Shown: piece by piece, positions 38,075 through 49,200 of the stretch | How the letters are laid out: each line of letters starts with the position of its first letter | Position numbering within the stretch: the first letter of the stretch is position 1 | NCBI GenBank assembly: GCA_963851265.1 | Contig: CAWKNZ010000002.1 | Location: 1,632,001-1,696,000, forward strand | From: an uncultured Gemmatimonadales bacterium | GTDB taxonomy: Bacteria > Gemmatimonadota > Gemmatimonadetes > Gemmatimonadales > Gemmatimonadaceae | Reading direction: 5' to 3' | Length of the DNA stretch: 64,000 nt | Translations under genes and position numbers: made by a program | Notes under the pieces: generated by a model | Seen by the model: only the letters and a program-made list of their open reading frames with translations | Databases searched by the model: none | Told to the model about the DNA's origin: nothing

Positions 38075-39244
38075 CTACGCCATGCGGTGCGGAACGAACC
38101 GGCTCGTGTTCGTGGTGATCGGGCCGTCGGCCTCGCGGATCCCGACGCCTGCCGCCTCGCCGTGGACGACCCATGAGCCGAACACCGGGGTTCGACCATC
38201 GAACCGCGGCAGCGGCGCGATCGCCTGGTAGACGTAGCCTTCCGCACCGTACGCCCCGCCCGACCGCGCGATCTCGTCGCCGAACATCACGAGCGACACG
38301 TTCGCCCCCTCGCGCGAGAGCAGCGGCTTGCGCACGTACGCGTCCAGGAGCGCCTCGTCGAAGTAGGCGGGCAGCAGGTTGGGGTGGTCCGGGAACAGCT
38401 CCCACAGAATCGGCAGGATGCCCTTGTTGCTCAGGACGAGCTTCCAGGGGGGTTCGATCCAGCGCGTCCCATCGGCGGACGCGACGAGGTGGGCGCCGAA
38501 CGTCTCGCGCACCATCCACTCCCACGGGTACAGTTTGAACGCCGTTTCGATGGGCCCGTCGTCGCCGTCGACGAACTGCCCCCGCGCGGCGTCCCAGCCG
38601 ATCTCGGACACGAGTAGCTCGCGCGTCGCGACTCCGGCCTGCTCGGCCGTGTCGCGCAGGTACGCGACCGTTGCCGCGTCCTCGACGTCGTCGGCCGAGG
38701 CGAAGTGTACGGGGCCGCCCGCGCCGACGTTAGGCAGCCGCGGCGCGGCGAGGACGCGCGGCCAGGCGGCGACGAGGCGCTCGTGGATCGAGTTGAACTG
38801 GTCGCCCGACGGATCGACGTCCTGCAGCCAGTACCACTGTGCGACCGACGCCTCGACGAGCGCGGTCGGCGTGTCCGCGTTGTACTCGAGCAGGCGCGGA
38901 GGGGAGCGCCCGTCGTACGCGAGATCGAAGCGTCCGTAGAGGGTGGGCTCGGGCACGCCGGCCGCGCCGGCTCGCCAGCTCCGCTCCACGAGGGGCGCGG
39001 CCGCAGGCGGGATCGCCAGCTCCGCCCACCGCCGTTCGGCGATCACGTGGCTGACGGCCGCGAGGCAGAGGCGGTGCAGTTCGTTCGTCGCCGTCTCGAG
39101 CACGTCGACTTCAGCCGGATCGAGCACGTACGACGCGCGCTCGTCCCAGTACGGCTCGCCGTCGGCGCCCGTGTGGTGCGGCAAGCCGACCGACGCCACG
39201 CGCGCCTGCCAGTCCGCGCGCGGGGCGTGCGTTAGGCGCCGCAC
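38075..39244 (-). CDS. Glutathionylspermidine synthase family ATP-grasp protein (YgiC/YjfC-like)
   Basis: YWDE, LYGRFDL, LLEYNADTPT, QFNSIHE, FKLYPWEW, IEPPWK..LSNKG, KPLLSREGAN. Confidence 0.93.
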   Translation of the reverse strand: MRRLTHAPRADWQARVASVGLPHHTGADGEPYWDERASYVLDPAEVDVLETATNELHRLCLAAVSHVIAERRWAELAIPPAAAPLVERSWRAGAAGVPEPTLYGRFDLAYDGRSPPRLLEYNADTPTALVEASVAQWYWLQDVDPSGDQFNSIHERLVAAWPRVLAAPRLPNVGAGGPVHFASADDVEDAATVAYLRDTAEQAGVATRELLVSEIGWDAARGQFVDGDDGPIETAFKLYPWEWMVRETFGAHLVASADGTRWIEPPWKLVLSNKGILPILWELFPDHPNLLPAYFDEALLDAYVRKPLLSREGANVSLVMFGDEIARSGGAYGAEGYVYQAIAPLPRFDGRTPVFGSWVVHGEAAGVGIREADGPITTNTSRFVPHRMA

Positions 39245-39314
39245 GCGGTGCGTCCCACCGCGAGGTGCGCCCTCACCACATGCGCCGCCGCGCGGCGGAT
39301 CACCCTCGGGCGCG

Positions 39315-39869
39315 TCACCCGCCGGACCCGTGCGCCGCGCCGGTCGCGCCGAAGCCGCCGCGGCTGATCCCGCTGCGTGCCGCGCTCCCCGGCGACCCCG
39401 CGCCGCGCCCGAAAAACGCGCGCGCCCGCGCGCCGAGCGACGTGTACCCCGCCGGCGACCGGTACGACGTCCCGGCGTGCGGCTCGAAGCTGCCGGCGCT
39501 CGCCAGGCCGCTCGCGACTCGCCCGCCGTAGTACCAGAGAAACGGCGCGCCGTATCCGGAACCGTAGCCCGGCCCGTAGCCGCGCCTATCGCCGGACGTC
39601 GCGACGCCGCCGTGAGACGCGCCCGCGTCGCTCGACGCGCCGAATTCACCCGACGAGCCCGGGGCGCCGAACGCGCCGGTCCGCCCGCCGTTCGTCGCGG
39701 CCCGGGCGCGGTCGCAGAGCGAGTCGGCAACGACGCGGTTGGTGCCGCGTTGCACGCAATGCAGCGCGTCGGCCGGAGCGTCTGCCCGGCTGCACGCGGC
39801 CGCGCCACCGACCGTGGCCGACGACGCCGAGGCGACGAGGGTGAGGCGTACCGCCTGCGAACGCTTCAT
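39315..39869 (-). CDS. YgiB/DUF1190-like Gly-rich lipoprotein, partner of the GSP-synthase-like gene
   Basis: MKRSQAVRLTL..C leader, two further Cys, C-terminal SRGGFGATG; typical position upstream of a ygiC-like gene. Confidence 0.7.
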   Translation of the reverse strand: MKRSQAVRLTLVASASSATVGGAAACSRADAPADALHCVQRGTNRVVADSLCDRARAATNGGRTGAFGAPGSSGEFGASSDAGASHGGVATSGDRRGYGPGYGSGYGAPFLWYYGGRVASGLASAGSFEPHAGTSYRSPAGYTSLGARARAFFGRGAGSPGSAARSGISRGGFGATGAAHGSGG

Positions 39870-40130
39870 CGCGCCAACGCTACGCCGCGCGCGCGGTTCG
39901 CACCAGACCGCCCGTGGCGCGCTCGCACCCCGGCCAATTGCCGTAACCCTCGGCCAGTATTAGCTTTGCGCCCTCTTCGTGACGCGCGCACCGACGCGCG
40001 CCTTTTCGAAGTCCCCCTTCTTCCGCGCCGGCAACCCGCGGAGGACGGCGTTTCTCCGGTCCGCCCGCGCCCGCGCGCCCTGCACGGGATGCGTACGGCG
40101 GACCCCGACCAAAGGGAGGGTTTGCCAACC

Positions 40131-40505
40131 GTGCCCACCAAGGCCACGCGTACGTACGAGGCGGTCTACATCTTCGACTCTGCGCTCGAAGACACCGCCA
40201 TCAACGAGAAGCTCGACCGCTTTCACGGCCTGCTGAGCGCCGCCGGCGACATCAGTGTCGAGCACTGGGGCCGCCGCCAGCTGGCCTACGCCATCAAGAA
40301 GCGCGAGAACGGCTACTACGCCATCGCCCGTTTCGACCTGGCGAACGTGAACGTGCTGCCCGAGTTCGAGCGCGCGCTCAAGCTCGACGATGGCGTCCTC
40401 CGCTACCTCATCTCGCTCCACGAGCGGGAGCTCGGCGCCCCGCCGATGTCCGAGGAAGAGATGGCGCGCCGGAAGGCCAACGAAGACGACGACGACGAGG
40501 AGTAG
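40131..40505 (+). CDS. rpsF: 30S ribosomal protein S6
   Basis: RTYEAVYI, WGRRQLAYAIKK..GYY, acidic tail; GGGAGG RBS (TTG 40122 is an alternative start). Confidence 0.95.
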   Translation: MPTKATRTYEAVYIFDSALEDTAINEKLDRFHGLLSAAGDISVEHWGRRQLAYAIKKRENGYYAIARFDLANVNVLPEFERALKLDDGVLRYLISLHERELGAPPMSEEEMARRKANEDDDDEE

Positions 40506-40508
40506 AGC

Positions 40509-40730
40509 ATGCGCCGCCAACGGAAGTCCGATCCGCTCGCCGAAGCCCGCATCAGGTTCGTCGACTACAAGGATGATCGTCTCCTCTCGCGCTTCATCGG
40601 CGAGACGGGCAAGCTGCTGCCGAGTCGCCTGACCGGCGTCACGGCGCGCCACCAGCGTCAGATCGCGAAGGCCATCAAGAAGGCGCGCTACCTCGCCCTG
40701 ATCCCTTACACGAAGGGGTCGCAGGGCTGA
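40509..40730 (+). CDS. rpsR: 30S ribosomal protein S18
   Basis: VDYKD..LL.RFI.E.GKLLP.RLTG....[17 protein letters not shown]. Confidence 0.96.
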   Translation: MRRQRKSDPLAEARIRFVDYKDDRLLSRFIGETGKLLPSRLTGVTARHQRQIAKAIKKARYLALIPYTKGSQG

Positions 40731-40746
40731 CCGTGGCGGCGCGGTC

Positions 40747-41856
40747 GTGACGGCGGGCGCGGGGGTCGGACCGATCGACTCGCAGCGCAGCGACGCGCGC
40801 GGTTGGATCGCGCCGCTCGCCGCGCTCGCCGGCGCGCTCGCCGTCGCGGCCGCACCGCTCTGGCCGACCTCGCTCGCGCCCGCGGCGGCGCTCGTCGGGA
40901 CGCTGTTCCCGGTCGAGCAAACGATGCTCCTCGTGGTGCCGGCCGTGGCCGCGTGTGCGCTGCTGGCCTGGCTCGGCGGCGGACGCGCGTGGGTCGCGGC
41001 GGCATGGGTCGCGCTCGCGTGCTGGGTCGTCACCCGCCCGCTGCCCGACGGCATCGAGGGCTACGCCGCGCTCGCGCGCGGGTGGGCCCTGCTGCTCGCC
41101 GGGAGCTTCGGCGCGGTGGGCGTGGTCTCGGGCGCGCGGGCCGCATTCCTGCCGCGCGCCCTCACGGCCGTGGCGGTCGCGGCGGCCGTCGCCATGCTCG
41201 CGGCCGCGCGCACGGGCGGCGTCTCGCACGTGACCGAGGTCGTGCGCGCGGAAGCGCAGCGGCGCGGTGACGTCGCGCTCGACCAGTGGGCGGAGCGGAC
41301 GTCGGGTGCGGCGTGGAGCGCGACCGCGCGTCGCGCGCCCGCGGCCGCCGCGCGCGCCGGTGACGCGGAGGACGCGCTCCGCGCACTCCCGGCGAGCGCC
41401 GTCGCGATCGCGCCGGCGCTCGTCGCCGTCGAGTCGCTCGGCGCGCTCGCGCTCGCCTGGGCGCTCTACCACCGGCTCGCGCGCTCGCGGGTCGGGCCCG
41501 CGCTCGTGCCGCTCGCCGCGTTCCGGTTCAACGACCAACTCATCTGGGGGCTCGTCGCCGGCGCGGCGCTCGTCGCGGTTCCGACGCTCGCGGCGCTGCG
41601 ACTCGCCGGGCTCAACCTGCTCGTTTTTTTCGGCGCCCTGTACGCGCTCCGCGGCCTGGCGGTGTGTCGCTGGGCACTCGGCCGCCGCGGCATCGAACTG
41701 CCACTCGGCGCCGGCGTCGCGCTCGGCTTCGCGTTTCCGCTCCTCGGCGGCGTGCTCGCGGCGGTCGTCACGGCCGCCGCACTCGCGCTCGGGCTCGGCG
41801 ACTCGTGGGGCGACTGGCGGACACGCGCCTGGCGCACTCGCCGCCGTCCGGCGTAA
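40747..41856 (+). CDS. DUF2232/YybS-like membrane protein
   Basis: Multi-TM protein between rpsR and rplI; FRFNDQLIWG, GLGDSWGDWR. Confidence 0.75.
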   Translation: MTAGAGVGPIDSQRSDARGWIAPLAALAGALAVAAAPLWPTSLAPAAALVGTLFPVEQTMLLVVPAVAACALLAWLGGGRAWVAAAWVALACWVVTRPLPDGIEGYAALARGWALLLAGSFGAVGVVSGARAAFLPRALTAVAVAAAVAMLAAARTGGVSHVTEVVRAEAQRRGDVALDQWAERTSGAAWSATARRAPAAAARAGDAEDALRALPASAVAIAPALVAVESLGALALAWALYHRLARSRVGPALVPLAAFRFNDQLIWGLVAGAALVAVPTLAALRLAGLNLLVFFGALYALRGLAVCRWALGRRGIELPLGAGVALGFAFPLLGGVLAAVVTAAALALGLGDSWGDWRTRAWRTRRRPA

Positions 41857-41880
41857 CGCTCATACTCTCTGGAGGTCTTT

Positions 41881-42324
41881 GTGGAAGTCATTCTTCGTCA
41901 AGCGGTCGACAGCCTGGGGCACCCCGGCGACGTCGTGACCGTGTCAAACGGCTACGCGCGCAACTACCTGCTCCCGCGCGGCGTCGCGTTCCCCGCCACC
42001 GAGGGGAACAAGAAGCGGATTCAGCAGGAGAAGGCTCGCCTCGAGGCGGCCGAGACGTCGCGTCGCGAGTCGGCACAGCAGCTGGCCGACCGGCTGGCCG
42101 AGGTGTCGATCACCTTCGCGGCGCGCGTCGGTGAGGAGGGCAAGCTCTTTGGCTCGGTGACGGCCGCCGACATCGCGCAGCAGCTCGAGGCTCAGGGCCA
42201 TCACGTGGAGCGGCGCATGATCGACCTCCACGACCCCATCCGGGCGCTGGGTGTGTACCGAGTGCCGATCCGCCTGCACGCGGACGTGCGTCCCGAGATC
42301 AAGGTCTGGGTCATCAAGCAGTAG
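41881..42324 (+). CDS. rplI: 50S ribosomal protein L9
   Basis: MEVIL....LG..GDVV.V..GYARNYLLP, GKLFGSVT; GGAGG RBS. Confidence 0.97.
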   Translation: MEVILRQAVDSLGHPGDVVTVSNGYARNYLLPRGVAFPATEGNKKRIQQEKARLEAAETSRRESAQQLADRLAEVSITFAARVGEEGKLFGSVTAADIAQQLEAQGHHVERRMIDLHDPIRALGVYRVPIRLHADVRPEIKVWVIKQ

Positions 42325-42484
42325 ACGTGCGCGCGCCCGCGGTGCGGCCGCGTCCGTCCGAACGTTTGCCGAAACACGGCGCGCGTGCCCGGGGTAGTAA
42401 CCGGGTGCGCGTGCTTCTCGGTGCTACCCGGCACCGGGGTGCCCGCGATTCCGTTCGTCGTCCCCACAGCCCGACGCCGCCCTG

Positions 42485-42868
42485 ATGGCCAACACCGATT
42501 CTCCCGCTCCCGAAACGATCGCCCGCCGCGCGGCCCAACTCGCGCTCGACATGAAGGCCGACGACGTCATCCTGCTCGACCTCAAGGGCGTCACCGACAT
42601 GACCGATTACTTCGTGATCGCGAGCGGGACGTCGGACACGCACGTGCGCGCCACCGCCGAGCACATCGCCGAGCAGCTGAAGAAGGAGGGCGCGGCGGTG
42701 AACCACGTCGAGGGACTGCCGCAAGGGCGATGGGCGCTGATGGATTTCGTCGACGTGGTGGTGCACGTGTTCCACCCGACGCTCCGCCAGTTCTACCAGC
42801 TCGAGCGGCTCTGGGGCGACGCGCGCGCCATTCCCGTAGGCGCGCCGGCCGCGGTCGCCGCGTCCTGA
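42485..42868 (+). CDS. rsfS: Ribosome silencing factor
   Basis: DMKADDVILLD, TDYFVIASG, WALMDFVDVVVHVF, RQFYQLERLWGDA. Confidence 0.95.
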   Translation: MANTDSPAPETIARRAAQLALDMKADDVILLDLKGVTDMTDYFVIASGTSDTHVRATAEHIAEQLKKEGAAVNHVEGLPQGRWALMDFVDVVVHVFHPTLRQFYQLERLWGDARAIPVGAPAAVAAS

Positions 42869-43002
42869 CCGCGCGACGCGCGGGCGGCTGACGACGCGTC
42901 CACCGCCCGCGCGCCGGGGACGCGACGCCTCCCCGGCGACGTTCCGCACGCACCACACCGCACGTCACCACTGCCGCACCCGGCCGCTATGCGCGCCGCC
43001 GG

Positions 43003-44727
43003 GTGCGGCGTAGTTTCTCCGCCGTGCCCGCCTCCGCCCGCTCCCCCCTCCCCCGCCGCACGCCCGCGCGCGTCCGCGCGACCGCGCGTCCGTTAGGCGC
43101 TGCGGCCGTGCTGCTCGCCGCCGTGCCGCTCGCGGCCGCGTGTGGGCGCGAGCGCGCGCTCGGCGACGCGCGCGCGGGCGGCGCGGTGGGACGCGGCACC
43201 GACGCCGTCGTGCTGCGCGCGCCGCGCGATGGCGGGCGGATGACCGCCGCGGTCTATCCGCGCCTGGACACGGTGGTGTGGCGGTCGGCCGACGCGTTGC
43301 CGGCCCTCGGCCGCGTGCTCGCCTTCGACCCGTCCGCGGGCCAGCTGGCCGCCGTGGACGCGCGCGGCGTTCCGACGCGCGTCGACCTCCGCCTCGGGAC
43401 GGCGCGCGCCCTCGGGCGCGCCCCGCTCGGCGCCGTGACGGCCGACGGCGGGTCGTTCTTCGGGCTCGACCGCGACGGGGCCGTCACGCGCCTAACGGAC
43501 GCCGGCGGGTCGTGGCGCGTGCGGCTCGCCGAGGTGCCGCAAGCGCTGTACGCGCGCCGCGACGGGTCGGTGCTCGCGGCGGCGGCGCGCGGCGGCGCGG
43601 GGCGCGTGTGGTTGCTGCGGCCGCCCGCCGCGGCGGCGGCCGAGTCGGCCGCCGTGCCCGGCGCGACGGAGCCGATCGTCACCGGCGCGACGGACGGCGT
43701 CTATTTCGCGGCGGGAGACGAGATCCTCGGCGTGCGCGGACGCGGGCTCCGGCCGGTCGCCGCGGTCTCGTTAGGCTCGGCCGTGCGGCGCGCCGTCGCG
43801 ACGCCGAGCGGCGACCGGCTGTACGTGCTCACGGCGCGCGGCGGCGAGGTGCGGGTCGTGGACCGCTACGCCGAGCGCGTGGCGGCGACGATTGCGCTCC
43901 CGGCCGACGCGCGCGACCTGCGCATGGATCCGCTCGGCCGCTACCTCGTCGTGCGTCCCGCGCGCGGCGATTCGGCGTGGGTGGTCGCCGTCGGCACCGA
44001 CCGCGTCGTCGGCGCGACGCGCTCCGACTGGCGCGACGATCTGCCGCTCGTGCTGCCCGACGGCGCGGTCGCTTCGGCCGTCGGCCCGGACGTGGCCATC
44101 GTCGACGGCGAGACGCTGCGCACGCGGCAGACGGTCGCCAACGGCGCGGCCGACGTGTGGCACGTGGTGCTGTGGAACGGGTTCCGCCCGCGCGCCGGCG
44201 CTCCGGCCCGGCCGGCGCCGGTGCACGACGAGACGCCGGACACGGCGCCGGAGAGCGCGCCGCCCGACACCGCCGGCCCCGCGCCCGACACCGCCGCGCC
44301 TCGTCGCGCCGACAGCACGCGCACGCCGCCCGATACTGGCGCGCCCCCGGCCACGCACGCCGCCGTCGCTGCCGCGACCACGCCGGTCAAGTACGTGCCG
44401 GCCGTGCGCGCGCAGCGCGCGCCCCAGACGGCGGTGCAGGTTTCGGACGGCGAGGTCGCCTCGCGCCCCACCACTGCGGGGCCCACGGCGGCGCGCGGGT
44501 ACACCGTGCAGTTCGCGGCGGCCCCCACCGAGCGTGAGGCGCTCGCGACCTTACGCCGCCTGGCCCTGCCCACGCCGGGCGGCCGAGTCGTGCCGCGAAC
44601 CGTCGACGGCAAGACGGTCTACCGGGTGGTCGCCGGGCCGTTCGCGACGCGCGCCGAAGCGGAGCGCGTGCGCCGCGCGGCGGGCGCGGCCGGTGCCGCG
44701 GCCTGGATTTACGGAGGCGCGCCGTGA
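43003..44727 (+). CDS. Lipoprotein with beta-propeller-like region, Pro-rich linker and C-terminal SPOR domain
   Basis: LAAAC lipobox; ATPSGDRLYV and MDPLGRYLVV blades; YTVQFAA...YRVVAGPFATRAEA; start uncertain. Confidence 0.75.
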   Translation: MRRSFSAVPASARSPLPRRTPARVRATARPLGAAAVLLAAVPLAAACGRERALGDARAGGAVGRGTDAVVLRAPRDGGRMTAAVYPRLDTVVWRSADALPALGRVLAFDPSAGQLAAVDARGVPTRVDLRLGTARALGRAPLGAVTADGGSFFGLDRDGAVTRLTDAGGSWRVRLAEVPQALYARRDGSVLAAAARGGAGRVWLLRPPAAAAAESAAVPGATEPIVTGATDGVYFAAGDEILGVRGRGLRPVAAVSLGSAVRRAVATPSGDRLYVLTARGGEVRVVDRYAERVAATIALPADARDLRMDPLGRYLVVRPARGDSAWVVAVGTDRVVGATRSDWRDDLPLVLPDGAVASAVGPDVAIVDGETLRTRQTVANGAADVWHVVLWNGFRPRAGAPARPAPVHDETPDTAPESAPPDTAGPAPDTAAPRRADSTRTPPDTGAPPATHAAVAAATTPVKYVPAVRAQRAPQTAVQVSDGEVASRPTTAGPTAARGYTVQFAAAPTEREALATLRRLALPTPGGRVVPRTVDGKTVYRVVAGPFATRAEAERVRRAAGAAGAAAWIYGGAP

Positions 44728-46223
44728 CCGCGCGATCGCCTTCGCCGGCCGCCTCGCCGTGGTACGAGGAGGGACTGCGTGCCGGCGCCGCGCTCGACCG
44801 CGTCGCGTCGGTGCTCGTCGCGGGCCGCGACGGCGAGGCCGCCGCGTGGGTCGCGCTCGGCCTCGCGCGAGCTCAGGCCGACCATCGGCGCGTCGCGGTC
44901 GCCGACCTCGTCGGCGACGCCGAGGCGCTCGTGGTGCCCGGTGCGGACGTCGACGAGGCGGGGATCGCGGACAGCCTGACGTACGGCGTCTCGCTCAACA
45001 AGATCGCGCGCGCCGTCGACGATTCGGACCAACTGTTCGTCCTGCCGAGCGGGAGCGAGCCCGTCGCCACCGAAGCGATCATCGCGAGCGACCGGTGGGG
45101 ACGACTGGCGAGCGGGTTCCGCGAAGTGGGCGCGTTACTCGTCCTCGCGACGCGTGCCGACGCGCCCGGCATCGAGACGCTCGCCGCCCGCGTCGACGGC
45201 GTGGTCATTGCGGGCGATCTAGGCGGCGCACTTCCGAACCTCGCGCCGCCGCTCGCCGTGGTGGCGCTACCAGCGTCGGCGCGCCGGGCACGTTTCGGAC
45301 GGCCGCGCCTTACGCCCGACACGCCGCACGCGGCCGCGGAGCTGGCGACGGAAGGGACAGGCGCCCCGACGACAGCCGTCCCCGCGCCGATCGCCGGCGC
45401 CGAAGCGGGGCGCCGAACGGCGTCGGGAGCAGGCGGCGACATCGTCCTGCTCGAGCCTGAGCCGGCGCGACGCGGCGCGTTCGCGAATCCGCGCACCAGG
45501 GTCGCCGTGCTCGGCCTCGCCGCACTGACCATCGCCGGCGCGGCCGCGCTCTGGTTGCTGCCGCATCGGCTCGATACGGGCGCGCGACCCGGACCGGACG
45601 CGGCCGCGGCGCGGCGACCCCACGGCGCAATCCGGCCCACGGCCGCACCTGCCGAGAGCGCGCACGCGCCGGGACCGCACCCGGCAGCGGCAACCACCGC
45701 CGACAACACGCCACTCGGTCGCTTGACGGTCGGGAACCCCGCCGATTCGGCCGCGGCCGCGGTGTACGCGGTCTACGTCGTCGGATCCAACACCCCCGAC
45801 GGAGCGTCGGTGGACTGGCGCGTCGACCGGACGCCGCCGGTGCTCGCGCTCACGCCCGTCCTGCAGGACGGGGAGCCGTCGTACCGCCTGATCGTGGGCG
45901 CGTACCGGACGCGGGCCCAGGCCGATTCGCTCCTCCACGACCTGCAGCGCCGCGGCGTGCTCGGCGAGGAATCGGGGCGCGTCGTGCGCGCGCCGTACGC
46001 CCTCCTCGTGGAGGCGCGCCTGCCCGCCGCAGAAGCCGCGCGCCGCGTGCAGGCCCTCGCCGCGCGCGGAGTCCCCACGTACCCGCTCTCGCGCGGCGAC
46101 GGCACCGTCGCGCTCTACGCGGGGGCGTTCGAGACGCCCGAGGAGGCCGCGTACCTGGCGCGCACCGCGCGTGCGGCGGGCGTGTCGACCACGCTCGTGT
46201 ATCGCACCGGCTCGGCGCTCTGA
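44724..46223 (+). CDS. Bitopic membrane protein with degenerate MinD/Wzc-like cytoplasmic domain and two SPOR-like repeats
   Basis: RRVAVADL, LFVLPSG; one TM; YRLIVGAYRTRAQA and LYAGAFETPEEA. Confidence 0.65.
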   Translation: MTARSPSPAASPWYEEGLRAGAALDRVASVLVAGRDGEAAAWVALGLARAQADHRRVAVADLVGDAEALVVPGADVDEAGIADSLTYGVSLNKIARAVDDSDQLFVLPSGSEPVATEAIIASDRWGRLASGFREVGALLVLATRADAPGIETLAARVDGVVIAGDLGGALPNLAPPLAVVALPASARRARFGRPRLTPDTPHAAAELATEGTGAPTTAVPAPIAGAEAGRRTASGAGGDIVLLEPEPARRGAFANPRTRVAVLGLAALTIAGAAALWLLPHRLDTGARPGPDAAAARRPHGAIRPTAAPAESAHAPGPHPAAATTADNTPLGRLTVGNPADSAAAAVYAVYVVGSNTPDGASVDWRVDRTPPVLALTPVLQDGEPSYRLIVGAYRTRAQADSLLHDLQRRGVLGEESGRVVRAPYALLVEARLPAAEAARRVQALAARGVPTYPLSRGDGTVALYAGAFETPEEAAYLARTARAAGVSTTLVYRTGSAL

Positions 46224-49200
46224 TGCGGCTCACGAAGCTGGAGCTGCACGGCTTCAAGTCGTTCGCGGACCACACGACGCTGCGCTTCGACGCCGGGGCG
46301 ACGGCCGTGGTCGGGCCGAACGGGTGCGGCAAGTCGAACGTGAGCGACGCGATCCGGTGGGTGTTGGGCGAGCAGCGCGCGCGCATGCTCCGCGGCGGCT
46401 CGATGACCGAGGTCATATTCCAGGGCTCGTCCGCGCGTCGGCCGGTGAACGTGGCCGAGGTGTCGCTGCACTTCGACAACAGCGAGGGCGTGCTGCCGGT
46501 CCCATTCCGCGAGGTCGTCATCACGCGACGGCTCTCGCGCTCTGGCGACAGCGACTACTTCCTGAACCGCGCGCCGTGCCGGCTGCGCGACGTGCAGGAC
46601 CTCGTCCGCGGCACCGGGTTGGGCGCGGACAGCGGCGTGGTGATCGAGAGCAAGATGATCGACGCGCTGCTCTCCGACCGCCCGGACGACCGTCGCGAGC
46701 TGTTCGAGGAGGCCGCGGGCGTGGGGCTCTACCGCGACCGCCGCCGCTCCACCGAGCGCCGGCTCGACGAGACGGCGCAGGACCTCTCGCGCCTCGACGA
46801 CCTCGTGAACGAGGTGGCGAGCCAGACGCGCGCGCTCGCGCGGCAACGTAAGCGCGCCGAGCGGCACGCCGAGCTGACGGCGCGTCGATTCGCGTTGGAG
46901 CTGACGCTCGCCGCGCGCGAGATGCTCGGGTGGCGCGACGAACTGCACGCGCTCGACGCGCGTCTCGCGGAGTTGCAGCTGCTGAGCCCGCAGGTCGCCG
47001 CGCAGCTCGCCGAGGCCGAGCGCACGCGCGAGACCGCGGCGGGCGCGCGCGCGGCGGCGGACGCGATGCGCCACGAGCTCTCGCGCATCACGGGATCGGC
47101 GCGCCAGGCCGTGCTCACGTTGCGAGGCGAACTGGCGGTGGCCGACGAGCGGCAGCGCAACGCCTCGTCGCGCCGGGCGCGGGCCGAGGAGGAGCGGCAG
47201 CAGGGGCAGGCCGCGGGCGAGCGGACGGCGGCCGAACGCGCGCATGCGGCCGCCGATCGGGCCCAGGCGGAGCGCGCAGTGGCCGACGCGGCCGCGGCGC
47301 TCGAGGAGCGCGTCGCGGTCGAAGACGAGACGCGCCGCGTAGTGGCTGCCACGCGCCAGCGGGCCGAACAGGCGGACCGGCAGGCACGCGACCTGCGCGA
47401 GCAGGCGCGCCGCCTCGAGATCGACCGCGACGCGGCCGTACGCGAGCAGCAGGAGACGGCGGCGCGCCTCGCCTCGCTCGACCGCGACCTCTCGGCCGCG
47501 CGCGAGCGGCTCGCCGTCGTACGCCGTGACGCGGAGCATGCCGCGCGTGCCGTCGCACTCGCCCGCGAGGAGGCGCTCGTCGCCCAGCAGGCCGTGGACG
47601 AGGCGCGCCAGGGTGTCCGCGCGGCGCGCGAGGCGGACGCCGGCGCGCGGGCCGAGCTGGCGCGCGCGGAGCAGGAGCACACCGCGTTAGGCGCCCGCGC
47701 GCACGCGCTCGAGGCGCTCGAGCGCGACCGGGTCGGGCTCGCCCCGGCCGCCGCGCGGCTGCTCAAGGAGCGGGCGCGATTCGGCGACGGTGCGGTGCTC
47801 GGGCCGCTGTCGGACTTCCTCGACGCCGACGCCGACGCGGCGGCCGACGTCGAACGGTTTCTCGGAGCGAACCTCTACGCGGTCGTCGTGCGCGACCGGG
47901 CCGCGGCCGACGCGGTGCGCGCGTGGCACGCCGCGGCCAACCCGGGACCGCTATTGCTGCTCCCGGCCGACGCGGCAGGCGCGCGCCCGTCCGACGCGGG
48001 CGCTGCGTCGGCGGCCGGCGGGCTCGCGGAGCGCGTGCGCGCCGGCGGCGACGCGGCCGGGTGGGCGCGCGTGCTGCTCGGCGGCGTCGAGTCGTTAGGC
48101 GGTGGCGCGTTCGCCGACGCGCGCGGCGCGGTGCTGCTGCCCGGCGCGGCGGTCGGGCCGGGCACGCTGCGTCGCCGCGCCGAACTGGCGGAGCTGCGCA
48201 CGCAGCTCGACGCGCTCGAGGCGGTGCGGGAGCGCGCGCGCGCGGCCGTCGTAGCCGCGCGCTCCGCGCTGGCCGACGCGGAGCGCGAGCAGGCCTCGGC
48301 CGCCGAGACGCTCACCGTCGCCCAGCAGGACGCGCGGCGCGCCGACGACGTCGCGGCGGACCTCGCGCGCCGGCAGCACCGCGCGGAGCGCGAACTCGCC
48401 GACGCCGAGCACCTCGTCGGCCGGCTCGGCGCGCGGATGGAGGAGCTGCGCGCGCGCGCGGCGCAGCTCACCGAGCGCGCGACTTCGGCGGTCGAGCAGG
48501 CGGCGCAGCGCGACGCGGACTCGGGCGAGGCCCGCGCGGCGCTCGGCGAGGCCGAACACGCCCTGGAAGCAGCGCGCGAGGAGCGCACCGTGTGGCAGGT
48601 CGAGCAGGCGCAGTCGCAGGCGCGCCTGCAGTCGGCCGCGGACCGGGAACGCCGGCTCGCGGGCGAGGTGGCGCAGGCCGCCGCGCGCGTCGAGCAGATC
48701 ACCCGCGAGCTGCTCACGCTCGACTCCGCCGACGGCGAGCTGGCCCAGCACGCGGCCGAATGGCGCGTCACGCTCGACGCGCGCGAGGCGGAGCTGGGGG
48801 ATGCGGAATCGCGGCTGGCCGAGGCCGAGGAGGCACTCGCCGCGACGACGCACGCGGTGAACGACGCGGCGGAGTCGCTCGACGCGATTCGCCGCGACAG
48901 CACCCGACTCGCCGACGAGATGCACGCGGCCGCGCTGCGCCACACGCAGCTGGCCGGGCGGCGCGACGCCCTGCGCAGCCGGTTGGAGACCGAGTGGCGC
49001 CGGCCACTCGACGAGCTGATCGCGCGCCACGAATCGGTCGAGGGCGAACCCGAGGCGCTCGCGCGCGAGCTCGGCGAGGTGCGCTCGCAGCTCGAGCAAC
49101 TGGGGGTGGTGAACCCGCTCGCGGTCGAGGAACACGAGGAGGAAGTGCGACGGCTCGACTTCCTCACCGGGCAGCGGGCGGACCTGCAGCAGGCCCGGGT

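Noticed and set aside
39960..40130. Possible S6:S18 autoregulatory RNA leader upstream of rpsF
   Set aside because: Plausible by position, but I could not establish the structure by eye; needs a covariance-model search.
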